Shown here: positions 17,514 to 28,197 of the stretch, in pieces
Numbering within the stretch: the first letter of the stretch is position 1
Layout: the number at the start of each line of letters is the position of its first letter
NCBI GenBank assembly: GCA_965222155.1
Contig: CBDCTH010000012.1
Location: 1,312,001 to 1,376,000, forward strand
Direction of reading: 5' to 3'
From: Gammaproteobacteria bacterium
GTDB taxonomy: Bacteria > Pseudomonadota > Gammaproteobacteria > Eutrophobiales > Eutrophobiaceae
Length of the DNA stretch: 64,000 bases
Translations under genes and position numbers: made by a program
The notes under the pieces: generated by a model
The model's database searches: none
What the model saw: the letters and a program-made list of their open reading frames with translations, nothing else
What the model was told of the DNA's origin: nothing

Positions 17514-19349
17514 ATGACAAACTTCAAGGATAAAGCCAACCTTATCTGGGACGTGGCTGACCTGTTACGTGGTGATTACAAGCAGTCTGATTATGGTAAG
17601 GTCATCCTGCCAATGACGGTGTTACGGCGCTTGGACTGTGTGCTGGCGCCTAGTAAACAAAAAGTCCTTGCCTATCTGCCCAAAGCAGAAAAGTTCTCTG
17701 ACAGCGCCAAAGACCTCACATTGAATAAAATTGCCGGAGCAAACTTCCATAACCGCAGCCCGTTTGATTTTGCCAGGATCGTAGCTGACCCCAACCATGT
17801 TGCGGCCAATCTGCGTAACCACATCAATGGCTATTCGGCTTCGGCTCGGGAGATTATCGAGTATTTCAACTTTGATGATCAGATCGAACGTATGGATGAT
17901 CCCAAGGCCGATATTCTGTTTCAGGTGGTGAAGAAGTTTGCCGAGATTGATCTGGCCGATATGGACTCTATGCAAATGGGTTATGTGTTTGAAGACTTGA
18001 TCCGGCGCTTTGCGGAGCAGTCCAACGAGACAGCCGGAGAGCACTTCACCCCCCGCGAGGTGATCAAACTGATGGTGAACGTGCTGTTCAATGCCGACAG
18101 CGAATCACTGACCCAGGCCGGTATTGTCAAGACTCTCTACGATCCGGCCTGCGGCACCGGCGGCATGCTCTCCATCGGCGAACAACACCTCAAGGAGTTC
18201 AACCCTGACGCAAGACTTGAGGTATTCGGGCAGGAGATCAACCCGGAATCCTACGCCATCTGTAAATCCGACATGCTGATCAAGGGGCAAAACCCTGCCA
18301 ATATCAGGTTCGGCAATACCTTTACGGTAGATGGTCTGCGGGACGAACGGTTTGATTACATGCTCTCCAATCCACCCTTTGGCGTGGATTGGAAAAAAGC
18401 AAAAAAAATCATAGCCGACGAACACGACAACCTGGGTCATGCCGGACGTTTTGGCGCAGGGTTGCCGCGCATTAACGATGGTTCGTTGCTGTTCTTGCAG
18501 CACATGATCAACAAAATGAAACTCCCTCCACGGAATCCGGAAGAATCCGGCGGCAGTCGTATCGGGATTGTCTTTAACGGTTCTCCCCTGTTTACCGGCC
18601 AGGCCGGCAGCGGCGAGAGCAACATCCGCCAATGGATTATCGAAAACGACTGGTTGGAGGCGATTATCGCCCTACCGGATCAACTGTTTTACAATACCGG
18701 CATTTCCACCTATGTCTGGATACTGAACAATCATAAAAGCGCCGAGCGCAAAGGCAAGGTGCAATTGATCAATGCCACCGGCAGCAAGGACGAGGAACTG
18801 ATGCAATCCGGTGAACGCAATTTCAACCGCTTCTGGGAGAAAATGCCGCGCTCACTGGGTAACAAACGCAAACAGGTAGCGGAAAACGGCGAAGTAAAAG
18901 GTATAGGCTTTATCACCAAACTCTATGGGGATTTTGCAGAAAACGAGTTTGTGAAGATTTTGCCGAATGAATTTTTTGGCTACTGGCGCGTGGTGGTTGA
19001 GCGACCGCAAAAAGATGAAAACGACGCTGTCGTCACCGTGCGTGAAGGCTCACCCAAAGCGAATGCCAGCCTGCGAGACTACGAGAACATTCCGTTTTTG
19101 CGAAAAGACCCGGATGACGCGGATGGAAAATCGATCCCGCAGAGCATTGATGACTATTTCCAGCGCGAGGTCGAACCCCACTTGCCTGATGCCTGGATTG
19201 ACGAGAGCAAGACCAAAACGGGCTACGAGATTAACTTCACCAAATTCTTTTACGAGTTCAAACCCCTGCGCCCACTGGCCGAGATCAAGGCCGATATTCT
19301 GGCCCTGGAAGAAAGCAGCCTGGAACTGGAAAAGAAGGTGCTGCTGTAA
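17514..19349 (+). CDS. hsdM: Type I R-M methyltransferase subunit
   Basis: GEHFTPREV, DPACGTGG, NPPF. Confidence 0.96.
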   Translation: MTNFKDKANLIWDVADLLRGDYKQSDYGKVILPMTVLRRLDCVLAPSKQKVLAYLPKAEKFSDSAKDLTLNKIAGANFHNRSPFDFARIVADPNHVAANLRNHINGYSASAREIIEYFNFDDQIERMDDPKADILFQVVKKFAEIDLADMDSMQMGYVFEDLIRRFAEQSNETAGEHFTPREVIKLMVNVLFNADSESLTQAGIVKTLYDPACGTGGMLSIGEQHLKEFNPDARLEVFGQEINPESYAICKSDMLIKGQNPANIRFGNTFTVDGLRDERFDYMLSNPPFGVDWKKAKKIIADEHDNLGHAGRFGAGLPRINDGSLLFLQHMINKMKLPPRNPEESGGSRIGIVFNGSPLFTGQAGSGESNIRQWIIENDWLEAIIALPDQLFYNTGISTYVWILNNHKSAERKGKVQLINATGSKDEELMQSGERNFNRFWEKMPRSLGNKRKQVAENGEVKGIGFITKLYGDFAENEFVKILPNEFFGYWRVVVERPQKDENDAVVTVREGSPKANASLRDYENIPFLRKDPDDADGKSIPQSIDDYFQREVEPHLPDAWIDESKTKTGYEINFTKFFYEFKPLRPLAEIKADILALEESSLELEKKVLL

Positions 19350-20566
19350 TGGAACGCTACGAAGCGTATAAAGACAGTGGGGTTGAGTGGGTCGGAGAGA
19401 TTCCACAGGAGTGGCGCGTCTCGACAATCGGTCGCATTGGGCAACTTGGAAGGGGGAGAGTTATTAGTAATGTTGAAATTAATGAAAACCCAGGCAACTA
19501 TCCCGTTTATAGTTCACAGACAAAAGATGGTGGAGTTATGGGTTATTTGGGCGTATATGATTTTGAGGGGGAGTATGTCTTGTGGACGACTGACGGAGCA
19601 AACGCGGGAACGGTTACAAGACGTGTTGGGCAGTTTAACTGCACAAATGTTTGTGGAACTTTACAACCTAAGAACTGGAATGAAATAGATCTTAGATTTT
19701 TGCCATATTTTTTGAACCTTGGTACTAGATTTTCAGTTAGGCTAGATATTAACCCAAAATTAATGAACGGTATGATGGCGAAGGTCCCTTTGGTCCTTCC
19801 ACCCAAAGACGAACAAACCGCCATCGCCAACTTTCTTGACCGCAAGACGGCAGAGATTGATGCGCTGATCGCCCAAAAAGAGCGTTTGTTGGAACTGTAC
19901 GAGGAAGAAAAAACCGTCATTATCAACCACGCCGTCACCAAAGGCCTCGACCCCAACGCGGAACTCAAAGACAGTGGGGTAGAGTGGCTAAGCAAAATTC
20001 CCGTTGGATGGGAGGTTAAGAAGCTAAAGTATACGGCATATCTAAAAAGCGGGAATAATTTAACTTCTGATCAAATTAAAGAAGACGGGGTATATCCAGT
20101 GTATGGAGGAAATGGACTTCGTGGCTATTACCATGGATTTACCCACGAGGGTGAATTCGTTTTAATAGGTCGCCAAGGTGCTCTTTGCGGAAATATTAAT
20201 TACCCAACTAATAAGTTTTGGGCTACTGAGCATGCTGTTGTAGTTGAACCACTATCAGAGTACAAATTTGTATGGATGGGTGAATTATTACGCATTATGA
20301 ATCTGAATCAGTACTCCGTTGCTGCCGCGCAGCCAGGACTTTCGGTTGAGGCGATTTGTAATCTATTCATTCCGTGGCTTTTACTAGAAGAACAGGAATC
20401 CATTGTCGAATACATCGAAGCTGAAACCGCCCGCATCGACGCCAAAATCGCCAAAACCCAGCGCATCATTGAACTTCAAAAGGAATACAGAACCGCGTTG
20501 ATTTCCGAGGTGGTCACAGGCAAGATTAAAGTACCGGAATCATCAACCCAGGAGGCATCCGCATGA
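19349..20566 (+). CDS. hsdS: Type I R-M specificity subunit
   Basis: Two KDSGVEW...IP repeats, two TRDs, ends ALISEVVTGKIKV. Confidence 0.95.
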   Translation: MERYEAYKDSGVEWVGEIPQEWRVSTIGRIGQLGRGRVISNVEINENPGNYPVYSSQTKDGGVMGYLGVYDFEGEYVLWTTDGANAGTVTRRVGQFNCTNVCGTLQPKNWNEIDLRFLPYFLNLGTRFSVRLDINPKLMNGMMAKVPLVLPPKDEQTAIANFLDRKTAEIDALIAQKERLLELYEEEKTVIINHAVTKGLDPNAELKDSGVEWLSKIPVGWEVKKLKYTAYLKSGNNLTSDQIKEDGVYPVYGGNGLRGYYHGFTHEGEFVLIGRQGALCGNINYPTNKFWATEHAVVVEPLSEYKFVWMGELLRIMNLNQYSVAAAQPGLSVEAICNLFIPWLLLEEQESIVEYIEAETARIDAKIAKTQRIIELQKEYRTALISEVVTGKIKVPESSTQEASA

Positions 20567-22245
20567 GCGATTTTATGCTAATGGAACCTGCCAACCAGAC
20601 TTTTTCCGAGCTGTTAAGTAACGGAGTTAAGTATACTGTGCCGCGCTTCCAGCGGGATTACTCGTGGGAGCAGGAACAGTGGGAAGACTTATGGGTGGAT
20701 ATCGAAGGTCTGGACAAGGAAGGCTTTCACTATATGGGCTATATCGTATTACAACGTAAAAACCAGCAGGATTTTGAAGTGATAGATGGTCAACAACGCC
20801 TGGTTACACTTTCTTTGTTGGTGTTGGCTACGATGCAACATATCCAGCGTTTAATCGACAACAATGAAGACGCTGATAACAATCAGGAACGCTTGCAAGA
20901 AATTACCGGACGCTATATTGGTTCGAAAGATATCGTTTCATTAAGAGTGAGCAGCAGGCTGACGCTAAATCGCAATAATGGACGTTTCTACAAAGATATC
21001 TGTTCCAACCTGCGCCCGCCCCTGGGCCGAGGCATTACCGCAACCAACAACCTGCTGAGACGGGCATTCAAATTTTTCTGCGATAAAAACGTAGGGAACA
21101 GTGGCGAGGAAATCGGTGAGTTTATTAACAGGTTTTCATCCAGGTTGATTTTTACAAAAATCGTAGTGCAAGACAGCCTGAATGCTTACAAGGTATTTGA
21201 AACCTTAAATGCCAGGGGAGTACAGCTTTCCACACCTGACCTGTTGAAAAACTATATTTTTTCGGTGGTCACCCAAAATGATGACGTGCCCGATGAAACG
21301 CTGGATGAACTTGATGAAACATGGTCAGGCATCCTGACCCAACTGGGCGAAAACGATTTCACTGATTTTGTCCGTTACCAGCATAATTCTCATCGACCCC
21401 TGGTAAGCAAGAAGGAGTTGTTTAAATCAGTCAGACAGCTTTACATCACCCCTGCACAGGCGCATGGCTATCTGAGCTCATTAACGGAGGCGGTTCCCGT
21501 CTATGCGTCTTTATCCAACCCCTATGATGAGTGGTGGCAACAAGAAGACGGTCAATACCGGGATGCCGTTCATTTCCTGGATGGCTTGAAGCTGTTTGGT
21601 ATCCGGCAGCCCTATACGATATTAATGGCGGCATTTCTTCGGAATTTCTCGCCGGAAGAGTTTATTAAAACGCTGAAATATCTTTATGTCCTGTCAATTC
21701 GTTACAACGTGATTTGCAGTTATTCGCCAAGCGAACAGGAAAAACGTTATAACAGCATAGCCATAAGGATAGCCGAGGGGGAATTTCAGCGCGCCAGCCA
21801 CATTAAGAACAGCCCTGATTACCAGGCGCTTTACCCTGCTGATGAGGTGTTTAAAAATGCCTTTGAATACTACAAAATGCCAAGCCGCCGCTCATCCAAA
21901 AAAATCCGTTTTTTGTTGGCGGAGATAGAGAATAACGCAGGGCGTAACGTGAGATACCTGGATACGACGCTTGAGCATGTCTGTCCTTACAATCCGGACC
22001 AGGAGTGGTATCAGCATTTTGGTGAGGGCGCCAATGACATTGCTGACCGGCTGGGCAATATGGTGTTGCTTGAACAGGATGACCTGAAACAGGCTGACTT
22101 TGCTACCAAGAAAGCGCACTACCTGAATACGTCTTTCAGGCTGGCCAAAAAAGTGGCTGAATATGATCACTGGGACCTGGCAAACCTGAACCATTATCAA
22201 TCCTGGCTTGCTGATCAGGCGGTAAGAACTTGGCGGGTTGATTAA
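20563..22245 (+). CDS. DUF262 + DUF1524 (GmrSD-like) protein
   Basis: VPRFQRDYSW, IDGQQR, FETLNARG; C-terminal LEHVCP...LGNMVLL. Confidence 0.88.
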   Translation: MSDFMLMEPANQTFSELLSNGVKYTVPRFQRDYSWEQEQWEDLWVDIEGLDKEGFHYMGYIVLQRKNQQDFEVIDGQQRLVTLSLLVLATMQHIQRLIDNNEDADNNQERLQEITGRYIGSKDIVSLRVSSRLTLNRNNGRFYKDICSNLRPPLGRGITATNNLLRRAFKFFCDKNVGNSGEEIGEFINRFSSRLIFTKIVVQDSLNAYKVFETLNARGVQLSTPDLLKNYIFSVVTQNDDVPDETLDELDETWSGILTQLGENDFTDFVRYQHNSHRPLVSKKELFKSVRQLYITPAQAHGYLSSLTEAVPVYASLSNPYDEWWQQEDGQYRDAVHFLDGLKLFGIRQPYTILMAAFLRNFSPEEFIKTLKYLYVLSIRYNVICSYSPSEQEKRYNSIAIRIAEGEFQRASHIKNSPDYQALYPADEVFKNAFEYYKMPSRRSSKKIRFLLAEIENNAGRNVRYLDTTLEHVCPYNPDQEWYQHFGEGANDIADRLGNMVLLEQDDLKQADFATKKAHYLNTSFRLAKKVAEYDHWDLANLNHYQSWLADQAVRTWRVD

Positions 22246-25200
22246 TGGACGCCACGTCCGAAAACACCTTTGAAACCGCTATAATTGAAAGCCTGGTAAC
22301 TTCCGGGGGTTATGTCGAAGGCGAAGCCGGCGCTTACAGCCCGGAGCTGGGCATGTTCAAGACAGAGGTGTTGCAGTTCTTACAGACGACCCAGACCAGA
22401 CAGTGGGACAAGCTGGCGGCGATTCATGGCGAGGATGTATCCAACCGCGTCATCGCGCGGCTGTATAAAGAGATGGATTTGCGCGGGGCGCTGGACGTGG
22501 TCCGCAATGGTTTTGTCGATTACGGTGTGCGTTTCAAGATGGCTTTTTTCAAGCCGGAATCGGGCTTGAACCCGGATACGCTGACGCTGTATGAGCAGAA
22601 CCGGCTCAAGGTGGTTCGGCAGGTATATTTCAGTCAGAAAAACGGGAAGTCGATTGATTTAGTTTTGTCGCTGAATGGTTTGCCGGTGGCAACGCTGGAG
22701 TTGAAGAATCGCTTTACAGGGCAAAGGGCAGCCGATGCCAAAAAACAGTACGCCGACACCCGCGATAATAAAGAGTTATTGTTTGCCTTCAAAAAACGCG
22801 CCCTGGTACATTTTGCAGTGGATGATGAAGCCGTCTTTATGGCCACGCGCATTGACGGCAGCAAAACTTATTGGTTGCCGTTTAACAAAGGCCATCGTCA
22901 TGGCGCGGGTAATGCGCCTAACCCGGCAGGTTATCGTAGCGATTACTTATGGCGCGACGTTCTCACTAAAGATAGCTGGTTGGAAATCATCGGACGCTTT
23001 ATCCACTTGCAAGTGGAAGAGTTTAAGATTGAAGGGCGTCTCCGCAAAAAAGAGAACCTGATTTTCCCGCGTTACCACCAGTTGGATGTCGTGCGGAAAA
23101 TTACTCGTCATGCGCAAGAGCATGGCGCGGGGAGCAACTACCTGGTCCAGCACTCAGCCGGTTCCGGCAAAAGCAATTCCATCGCCTGGCTCTCTTATCG
23201 CTTATCCGGGCTGCACAATGCCGATAATCAGCGGATTTTTGACGGTGTAATAGTGGTGACAGACCGGCGGGTGCTGGATTCCCAACTGCAAGATACCATC
23301 TACCAGTTTGAACATAAATCAGGCGTAGTGCAACGCATTGACAAAGACTCACAGCAATTGGCCGATGCCATTAGCGGCGGGGCAAATATCATTATTACGA
23401 CGCTACAGAAATTCTCCTTTATCGTTGAAAAGGTAGGCGATCTTCCGGACCGCAACTATGCGGTGATCATTGATGAGGCCCATAGCTCACAAGGCGGCGA
23501 GGCCAGTAAAAAGATGAAGCAGGTGTTGGGTAATGCCAATGCGTCAGAAGAGCATGACGATGGTTCATCGGAAGCGCAAGAACCGTATCCGGGATACGCT
23601 GAGGAGGATGAAGACGAGGAGATAGATTCCCAGGATATGGTCAGTGACTATATTGAACAATCCGCCGCCAGTCGCGGGCCGCAGTCCAACTTGTCCTTTT
23701 TTGCCTTTACTGCGACACCAAAATACAAAACGCTGGCGGTGTTCGGTTACCAGGATGCCCAGGGAAAGCCGCAACCGTTCCACCTCTACTCAATGCGGCA
23801 GGCGATTGAAGAAGGCTTTATCCTGGATGTATTGCAGAATTACACCACCTATCAACTCTTTTTCAATCTGTGCAAGGCAATAGAAGACGACCCCCAGCTT
23901 AACAAGAAGAAAGCCGTACAGGCGATGGGGCGTTTTATCTCGCTGCATCCGCATAACCTGGCTCAGAAGACAAAAATCATCGTCGAACATTTTCGGCAGG
24001 TAGTCGCCGGCAAGATTGGTGGAAAAGCCAAGGCAATGCTGGTAACCGGTTCACGCCTTCACGCAAAACGTTACTTTGAAGAGCTTAAAAGCTACATCAA
24101 CGAAAATGGCTACGAAAAACACATCAAAATTCTGGTGGCCTTTTCCGGCAAGGTGGCGGATGACAACTTTCCGGAAGGCGTTACGGAACCGCAGTTGACG
24201 GGCTATGGTGAAAAAGAACTGCCACAGAAATTTGCTGAAGATGATTACAAAATTCTGATTGCCGCGGATAAATTCCAGACCGGTTTTGACCAGCCTTTAC
24301 TGCACACCATGTACGTGGACAAACCATTGTCTGGTGTCAGGGCGGTACAAACCCTGTCACGCCTGAACCGAACAGCGCCGGGAAAAGAGGACACTTTTAT
24401 TCTGGATTTCGTAAACGACAGGCAGACGATTCTGGACTCGTTCCAGCCTTATTATGAAATAACCACCGTCACCGATGAACCGGAGCCCAACCACCTGTAT
24501 GACCTGAAAAGCAAACTTGACGAGCAACAAATTTACCTGGATGCGGAGGTCGACGCGCTGGCCAGGGTGTACTTCAATCCGACGACACGAATGACCGCAC
24601 GCGCACAGGCCCAGTTGTACCGCCATATCGACCCGGCGGTGGATCGTTACAAAAATATTGATACGGAAGAGGAAAAGGAAGCGTTCAAAAAGAGTTTGCG
24701 TACCTGGACCAATTTGTATGCCTTTATGGCACAGATCATGCCCTTTCGTGAAGTTGAGTTTGAGAAGTTCTATGCCTATGCAAAATTGCTTCTGACCAAG
24801 CTGCCGAAGCGCGATTTATCGGAAAGCATGAAGCTGACTGATGAGGTAGCCCTGGAATACTATCGCCTGCAAAAAATCAAAGAGGGCTCTATCGACCTGG
24901 TAACTGGCGAAGATGGCGAACTGGATGGTTTGACAGAAGCCGGCATCAAACGCGGCAAAGAAGATAAAGCGGCCTTATCGGAAATCATCTATGTATTAAA
25001 TGACCGTTTCGGCACCGAGTTTGAGGAAGCCGACCGGCTTTTCTTTGAGCAAATAGAAACGGAGTTAATGCAAGATACCACGCTACAGACTCAAGCCAGG
25101 GTCAATAAACTGGATACCTTCAAATACGCATTTGAAGAAATGTTCATCGATAAGCTGATTGACAGAATGGATCAGAATCAAGAGATCTTCGAAAAGATTA

Positions 25201-25283
25201 TTGAAGACCAATCGTTTGGTGAGCTTGTGAGGGAACTGATGATGAAAAAAATATTTGATCAATTAAATGCCGAGGTGGAATGA
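22245..25283 (+). CDS. hsdR: Type I R-M restriction subunit
   Basis: ELKN nuclease motif, QHSAGSGKS, DEAH, FTATPK, TGFDQP. Confidence 0.96.
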   Translation: MDATSENTFETAIIESLVTSGGYVEGEAGAYSPELGMFKTEVLQFLQTTQTRQWDKLAAIHGEDVSNRVIARLYKEMDLRGALDVVRNGFVDYGVRFKMAFFKPESGLNPDTLTLYEQNRLKVVRQVYFSQKNGKSIDLVLSLNGLPVATLELKNRFTGQRAADAKKQYADTRDNKELLFAFKKRALVHFAVDDEAVFMATRIDGSKTYWLPFNKGHRHGAGNAPNPAGYRSDYLWRDVLTKDSWLEIIGRFIHLQVEEFKIEGRLRKKENLIFPRYHQLDVVRKITRHAQEHGAGSNYLVQHSAGSGKSNSIAWLSYRLSGLHNADNQRIFDGVIVVTDRRVLDSQLQDTIYQFEHKSGVVQRIDKDSQQLADAISGGANIIITTLQKFSFIVEKVGDLPDRNYAVIIDEAHSSQGGEASKKMKQVLGNANASEEHDDGSSEAQEPYPGYAEEDEDEEIDSQDMVSDYIEQSAASRGPQSNLSFFAFTATPKYKTLAVFGYQDAQGKPQPFHLYSMRQAIEEGFILDVLQNYTTYQLFFNLCKAIEDDPQLNKKKAVQAMGRFISLHPHNLAQKTKIIVEHFRQVVAGKIGGKAKAMLVTGSRLHAKRYFEELKSYINENGYEKHIKILVAFSGKVADDNFPEGVTEPQLTGYGEKELPQKFAEDDYKILIAADKFQTGFDQPLLHTMYVDKPLSGVRAVQTLSRLNRTAPGKEDTFILDFVNDRQTILDSFQPYYEITTVTDEPEPNHLYDLKSKLDEQQIYLDAEVDALARVYFNPTTRMTARAQAQLYRHIDPAVDRYKNIDTEEEKEAFKKSLRTWTNLYAFMAQIMPFREVEFEKFYAYAKLLLTKLPKRDLSESMKLTDEVALEYYRLQKIKEGSIDLVTGEDGELDGLTEAGIKRGKEDKAALSEIIYVLNDRFGTEFEEADRLFFEQIETELMQDTTLQTQARVNKLDTFKYAFEEMFIDKLIDRMDQNQEIFEKIIEDQSFGELVRELMMKKIFDQLNAEVE

Positions 25284-25501
25284 GATGAGGCAATCGGGCA
25301 ATTTTTCTGTTGCGCTCTAACATTGCTGATGAGTCCGGCGTTTGAGGGCTAAGGGAGAATTGTGACGAAATCATTGTTACTGGTTGCTATAGGAGTTGCC
25401 ATTGGTGGAAGGGCGGGAAAGTCTGTTCGTCGGATAGCTGGAAGATCAAACGAAGAAGAATAACTAAAGGCATCCCTGGATAGAGGCGAGACGCTTCAGC
25501 C

Positions 25502-25785
25502 ATGAAGAAGACTGGCACAGCATTTGAACTCAGCGCCACCGATCTTGTCGGCTATCTGAATTGCCGACATTTATCCGACCTTGACCGCGCTGTGGCCGTA
25601 GAGGCGCTCGCCAAACCAAAGGTATGGGACCAGCTTCTCCAGGTTCTATGGGAACGCGGTTCCATTCATGAACAGAATTATGTCACCCATCTGGAGCGGT
25701 CCGGTCTGGAAGTTGTGCGCATTGATAGTGTCGATATCACGGAAGAAGCAGTGAAAGAAACGCTTACGGCAATGAAGCAAGGTGC
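25502..25785 (+). pseudogene. N-terminal fragment of a TM0106-family RecB-like nuclease/helicase
   Basis: LSATDLVGYLNCRHL...ERGSIHE; cut off where the 97-bp repeat begins. Confidence 0.7.
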
Positions 25786-25882
25786 CAGGATAGGGTCGGA
25801 CCTGCCTAACTACTTGTTCCAGTTCAGTTTATGTGCCATATACGCCTATTATTTCTCCTTAAAACCCCCTTTTTGCCATCAA
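25786..25882. repeat. 97-bp direct repeat, copy 1
   Basis: 91/97 identical to 27124-27220. Confidence 0.92.
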
Positions 25883-26038
25883 AATAAAGGTGGTAACATC
25901 CCCATGCCAGTTTGATGACATTACTCTCCTGATTCGCTGTGGTCTGCTTGTGCAACGTCTGATACTTCCTCCTTAAAGTCCTTTTGTGGCGTATGAAAAT
26001 CGCTGTTTAAGCCTATTGAAAGCACGTCTTTTGTAACA

Positions 26039-26126
26039 GTTTCCCTTTATTATCAGTAGGCTCTGTCAGGCTGGACTGGTCTGTTTCCCTTTATTATCAG
26101 TAGGCTCTGTCAGGCTGGACTGGTCT
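26039..26126. repeat. Perfect 2 x 44-bp tandem duplication
   Basis: GTTTCCCTTTATTATCAGTAGGCTCTGTCAGGCTGGACTGGTCT occurs twice. Confidence 0.92.
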
Positions 26127-26164
26127 CCCTATACTGTTCCTATACTGGTTGTTTAACTTTACCG

Positions 26165-27049
26165 TTATTCAGAGATTTCAATTACCTGTTTCTTTAAATA
26201 TAAATACAAAGCGCTATGGTCGAGTTCACTGAATGAATGTTCACACATGCCCTCATACAATTTCGTTATGACCGATAAAAGAGGTAATTGAATACCACAA
26301 TCCAGCGCAAGCTCATTTGCAGCGATAAGATCTTTTAACTGCGATTTTGCATGCCCTCCAGGATTATAATCATGATTTACCATTCTCAACCCATGTTGTC
26401 GAAGTATGGATGAATCCGCAAACCCACCAAATAGTGCAGTACGGACTACAGAAGCATTTGCGCCACTTTTTTCCGCCAGAATTAATGCCTCTGATACAGC
26501 TCCGATCGTAATGCCAACAATAAGTTGATTGGCTGTTTTAGCAATCTGACCGCACCCTGTCGGACCTATATGGGTTAGTGTGCCCATTGCTTCGAATACA
26601 GGGCGTGCGTATTCAATATCCTCCTTAAAACCTCCTGCCATAATTGTCAATTTCCCTTCAGCGGCACCGTGCTCTCCCCCTGAAACAGGCGCATCAATAT
26701 ACCTTGTCTTCCATCGCTTCAACCTTTCAGATTGTAATCTCGCACTGGTGACGGGTATAGAACTCATAACAACTACAAGATGATCCTGCCCTAAAGATAA
26801 AGGATTGACGTCAACATCTGTGCCAAATAACAAGGAATCACAAACGGTAGCATTAGAAACCATTAAGATGACAACACTAGATTCTTTCACTGCTTGTTCC
26901 GGAGATGTACATACATGAGCACCATATTTTTCCAACTGGCTGGCTTTTTCCGGGGTCCTGTTCCACACATGAACGGAGTGTCTGGCTTTGCAGAGATTAC
27001 GGGCCATGTGTCCGCCCATTATCCCCGTGCCAATAACTGAAATATTCAT
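26165..27049 (-). CDS. NAD(P)-dependent beta-hydroxyacid dehydrogenase (3-hydroxyisobutyrate/tartronate semialdehyde reductase family)
   Basis: IGTGIMG, DAPVSGG, GQIAKTANQ, KDL. Confidence 0.9.
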   Translation of the reverse strand: MNISVIGTGIMGGHMARNLCKARHSVHVWNRTPEKASQLEKYGAHVCTSPEQAVKESSVVILMVSNATVCDSLLFGTDVDVNPLSLGQDHLVVVMSSIPVTSARLQSERLKRWKTRYIDAPVSGGEHGAAEGKLTIMAGGFKEDIEYARPVFEAMGTLTHIGPTGCGQIAKTANQLIVGITIGAVSEALILAEKSGANASVVRTALFGGFADSSILRQHGLRMVNHDYNPGGHAKSQLKDLIAANELALDCGIQLPLLSVITKLYEGMCEHSFSELDHSALYLYLKKQVIEISE

Positions 27050-27123
27050 AAAATATAATAAGAGAATCTCTGATTAAGTCTCCATAATATGAGATCATAG
27101 ACAAAAGTAAACCATGAGGGCCA

Positions 27124-27220
27124 CAGGATAGGATCGAACCTGCCTAACTACTTGTTCCGGTTCAGTTTATGTACCATATACGCCTGTTATTTCTCCTTAA
27201 AACCCCCTTTTTGCTATCAA
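27124..27220. repeat. 97-bp direct repeat, copy 2
   Basis: 91/97 identical to 25786-25882. Confidence 0.92.
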
Positions 27221-27240
27221 CATCAAAAGAATATCGCGTT

Positions 27241-28197
27241 TTACGCGACGTAGTAGCTTCCGGCCAATGCCAGGATGACACTGACAATCAGACCTGCTAA
27301 AGCCTTGAACGCATCAAGGCCGATCAGTTTAGCCGCATCTTTGAGACTACGGTTCCCCAGTTGTATCGTCATGGCAATCTCCCGTCCCGCAAGCAGGCCC
27401 AGGAACACCCATGTCGTGCTCATCGGCATGTGGCTCCATTCCTTGAAGACCAGGAGTATCAAGCCGTAGACGAAGTCAACGATGGTGGCCGAACGAACGT
27501 CGCCGGTCATCGTTTTTCTGGTAACTATTTGCTGGATGTGGCCGCCGCGTTGATAATAAATGTAGCCCTGCATCAACAACAGCAACACGATTGAAGCGAC
27601 CAGCCAGCCAAAATCAATCTGGCGCGGCGCGAAAACGTATATATTTGCCAAATCCTGGATTAACCACTGGCTCCAAAGAAAGGCTGTAGACGTCCATTGC
27701 AACACGACCCAGTGGAATGCGGTTGCTTCCCTGGATGTCGCGGTGCCATTCAGGTAAATGGTCAGTTTCCGTATGGCCCAATAGAGGAGGATCGCAACGA
27801 TGAAGGCGACGAAGTAGCCGGATAGCGACTTGACCAGCATAGCTTGAATGTTGCCCGGCGCGAAAACGCTCAGAATCAGGAAAGTCGTACTGACCGGGAC
27901 CCCGAAACGGGTCAGCATGAGGAGTGTTAATGGCGCCAGGACATGCAGCCAGTTCACGCCTCCTTCCGGTGTGGGAAAAGCTGTCAGACGACCGTAAGCT
28001 ACATCGCCGCTATTGACAATCCATCCGTACACCAGGACCGCAACGAGGATACTGCTGGAGAAGAGCCAGAGGGCCCACCAGGGGCGTTGCCTATTGGAGG
28101 CAAGGAAAGTGCCCAGCGTCTGGATCGAATCGTTGGACACTACCGAAAAAGCTGCCAGGGCAAAGCCCAGAATCATCAGTATCTCTGCAAGTGGCAT
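27241..28197 (-). CDS. Conserved multi-pass membrane protein (possibly PiT/permease-like)
   Basis: Many TM helices; duplicated NDSIQT/QDLAN and PVSTT/PMSTT motifs. Confidence 0.7.
   Translation of the reverse strand: MPLAEILMILGFALAAFSVVSNDSIQTLGTFLASNRQRPWWALWLFSSSILVAVLVYGWIVNSGDVAYGRLTAFPTPEGGVNWLHVLAPLTLLMLTRFGVPVSTTFLILSVFAPGNIQAMLVKSLSGYFVAFIVAILLYWAIRKLTIYLNGTATSREATAFHWVVLQWTSTAFLWSQWLIQDLANIYVFAPRQIDFGWLVASIVLLLLMQGYIYYQRGGHIQQIVTRKTMTGDVRSATIVDFVYGLILLVFKEWSHMPMSTTWVFLGLLAGREIAMTIQLGNRSLKDAAKLIGLDAFKALAGLIVSVILALAGSYYVA

Noticed and set aside
19349-20566. Phase-variable hsdS shufflon
   Set aside because: Single hsdS, no silent TRD copies or invertase; the internal repeat is the normal HsdS symmetry
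26039-26126. Tandem repeat as a CRISPR array
   Set aside because: Two adjacent copies with no spacer and no cas genes
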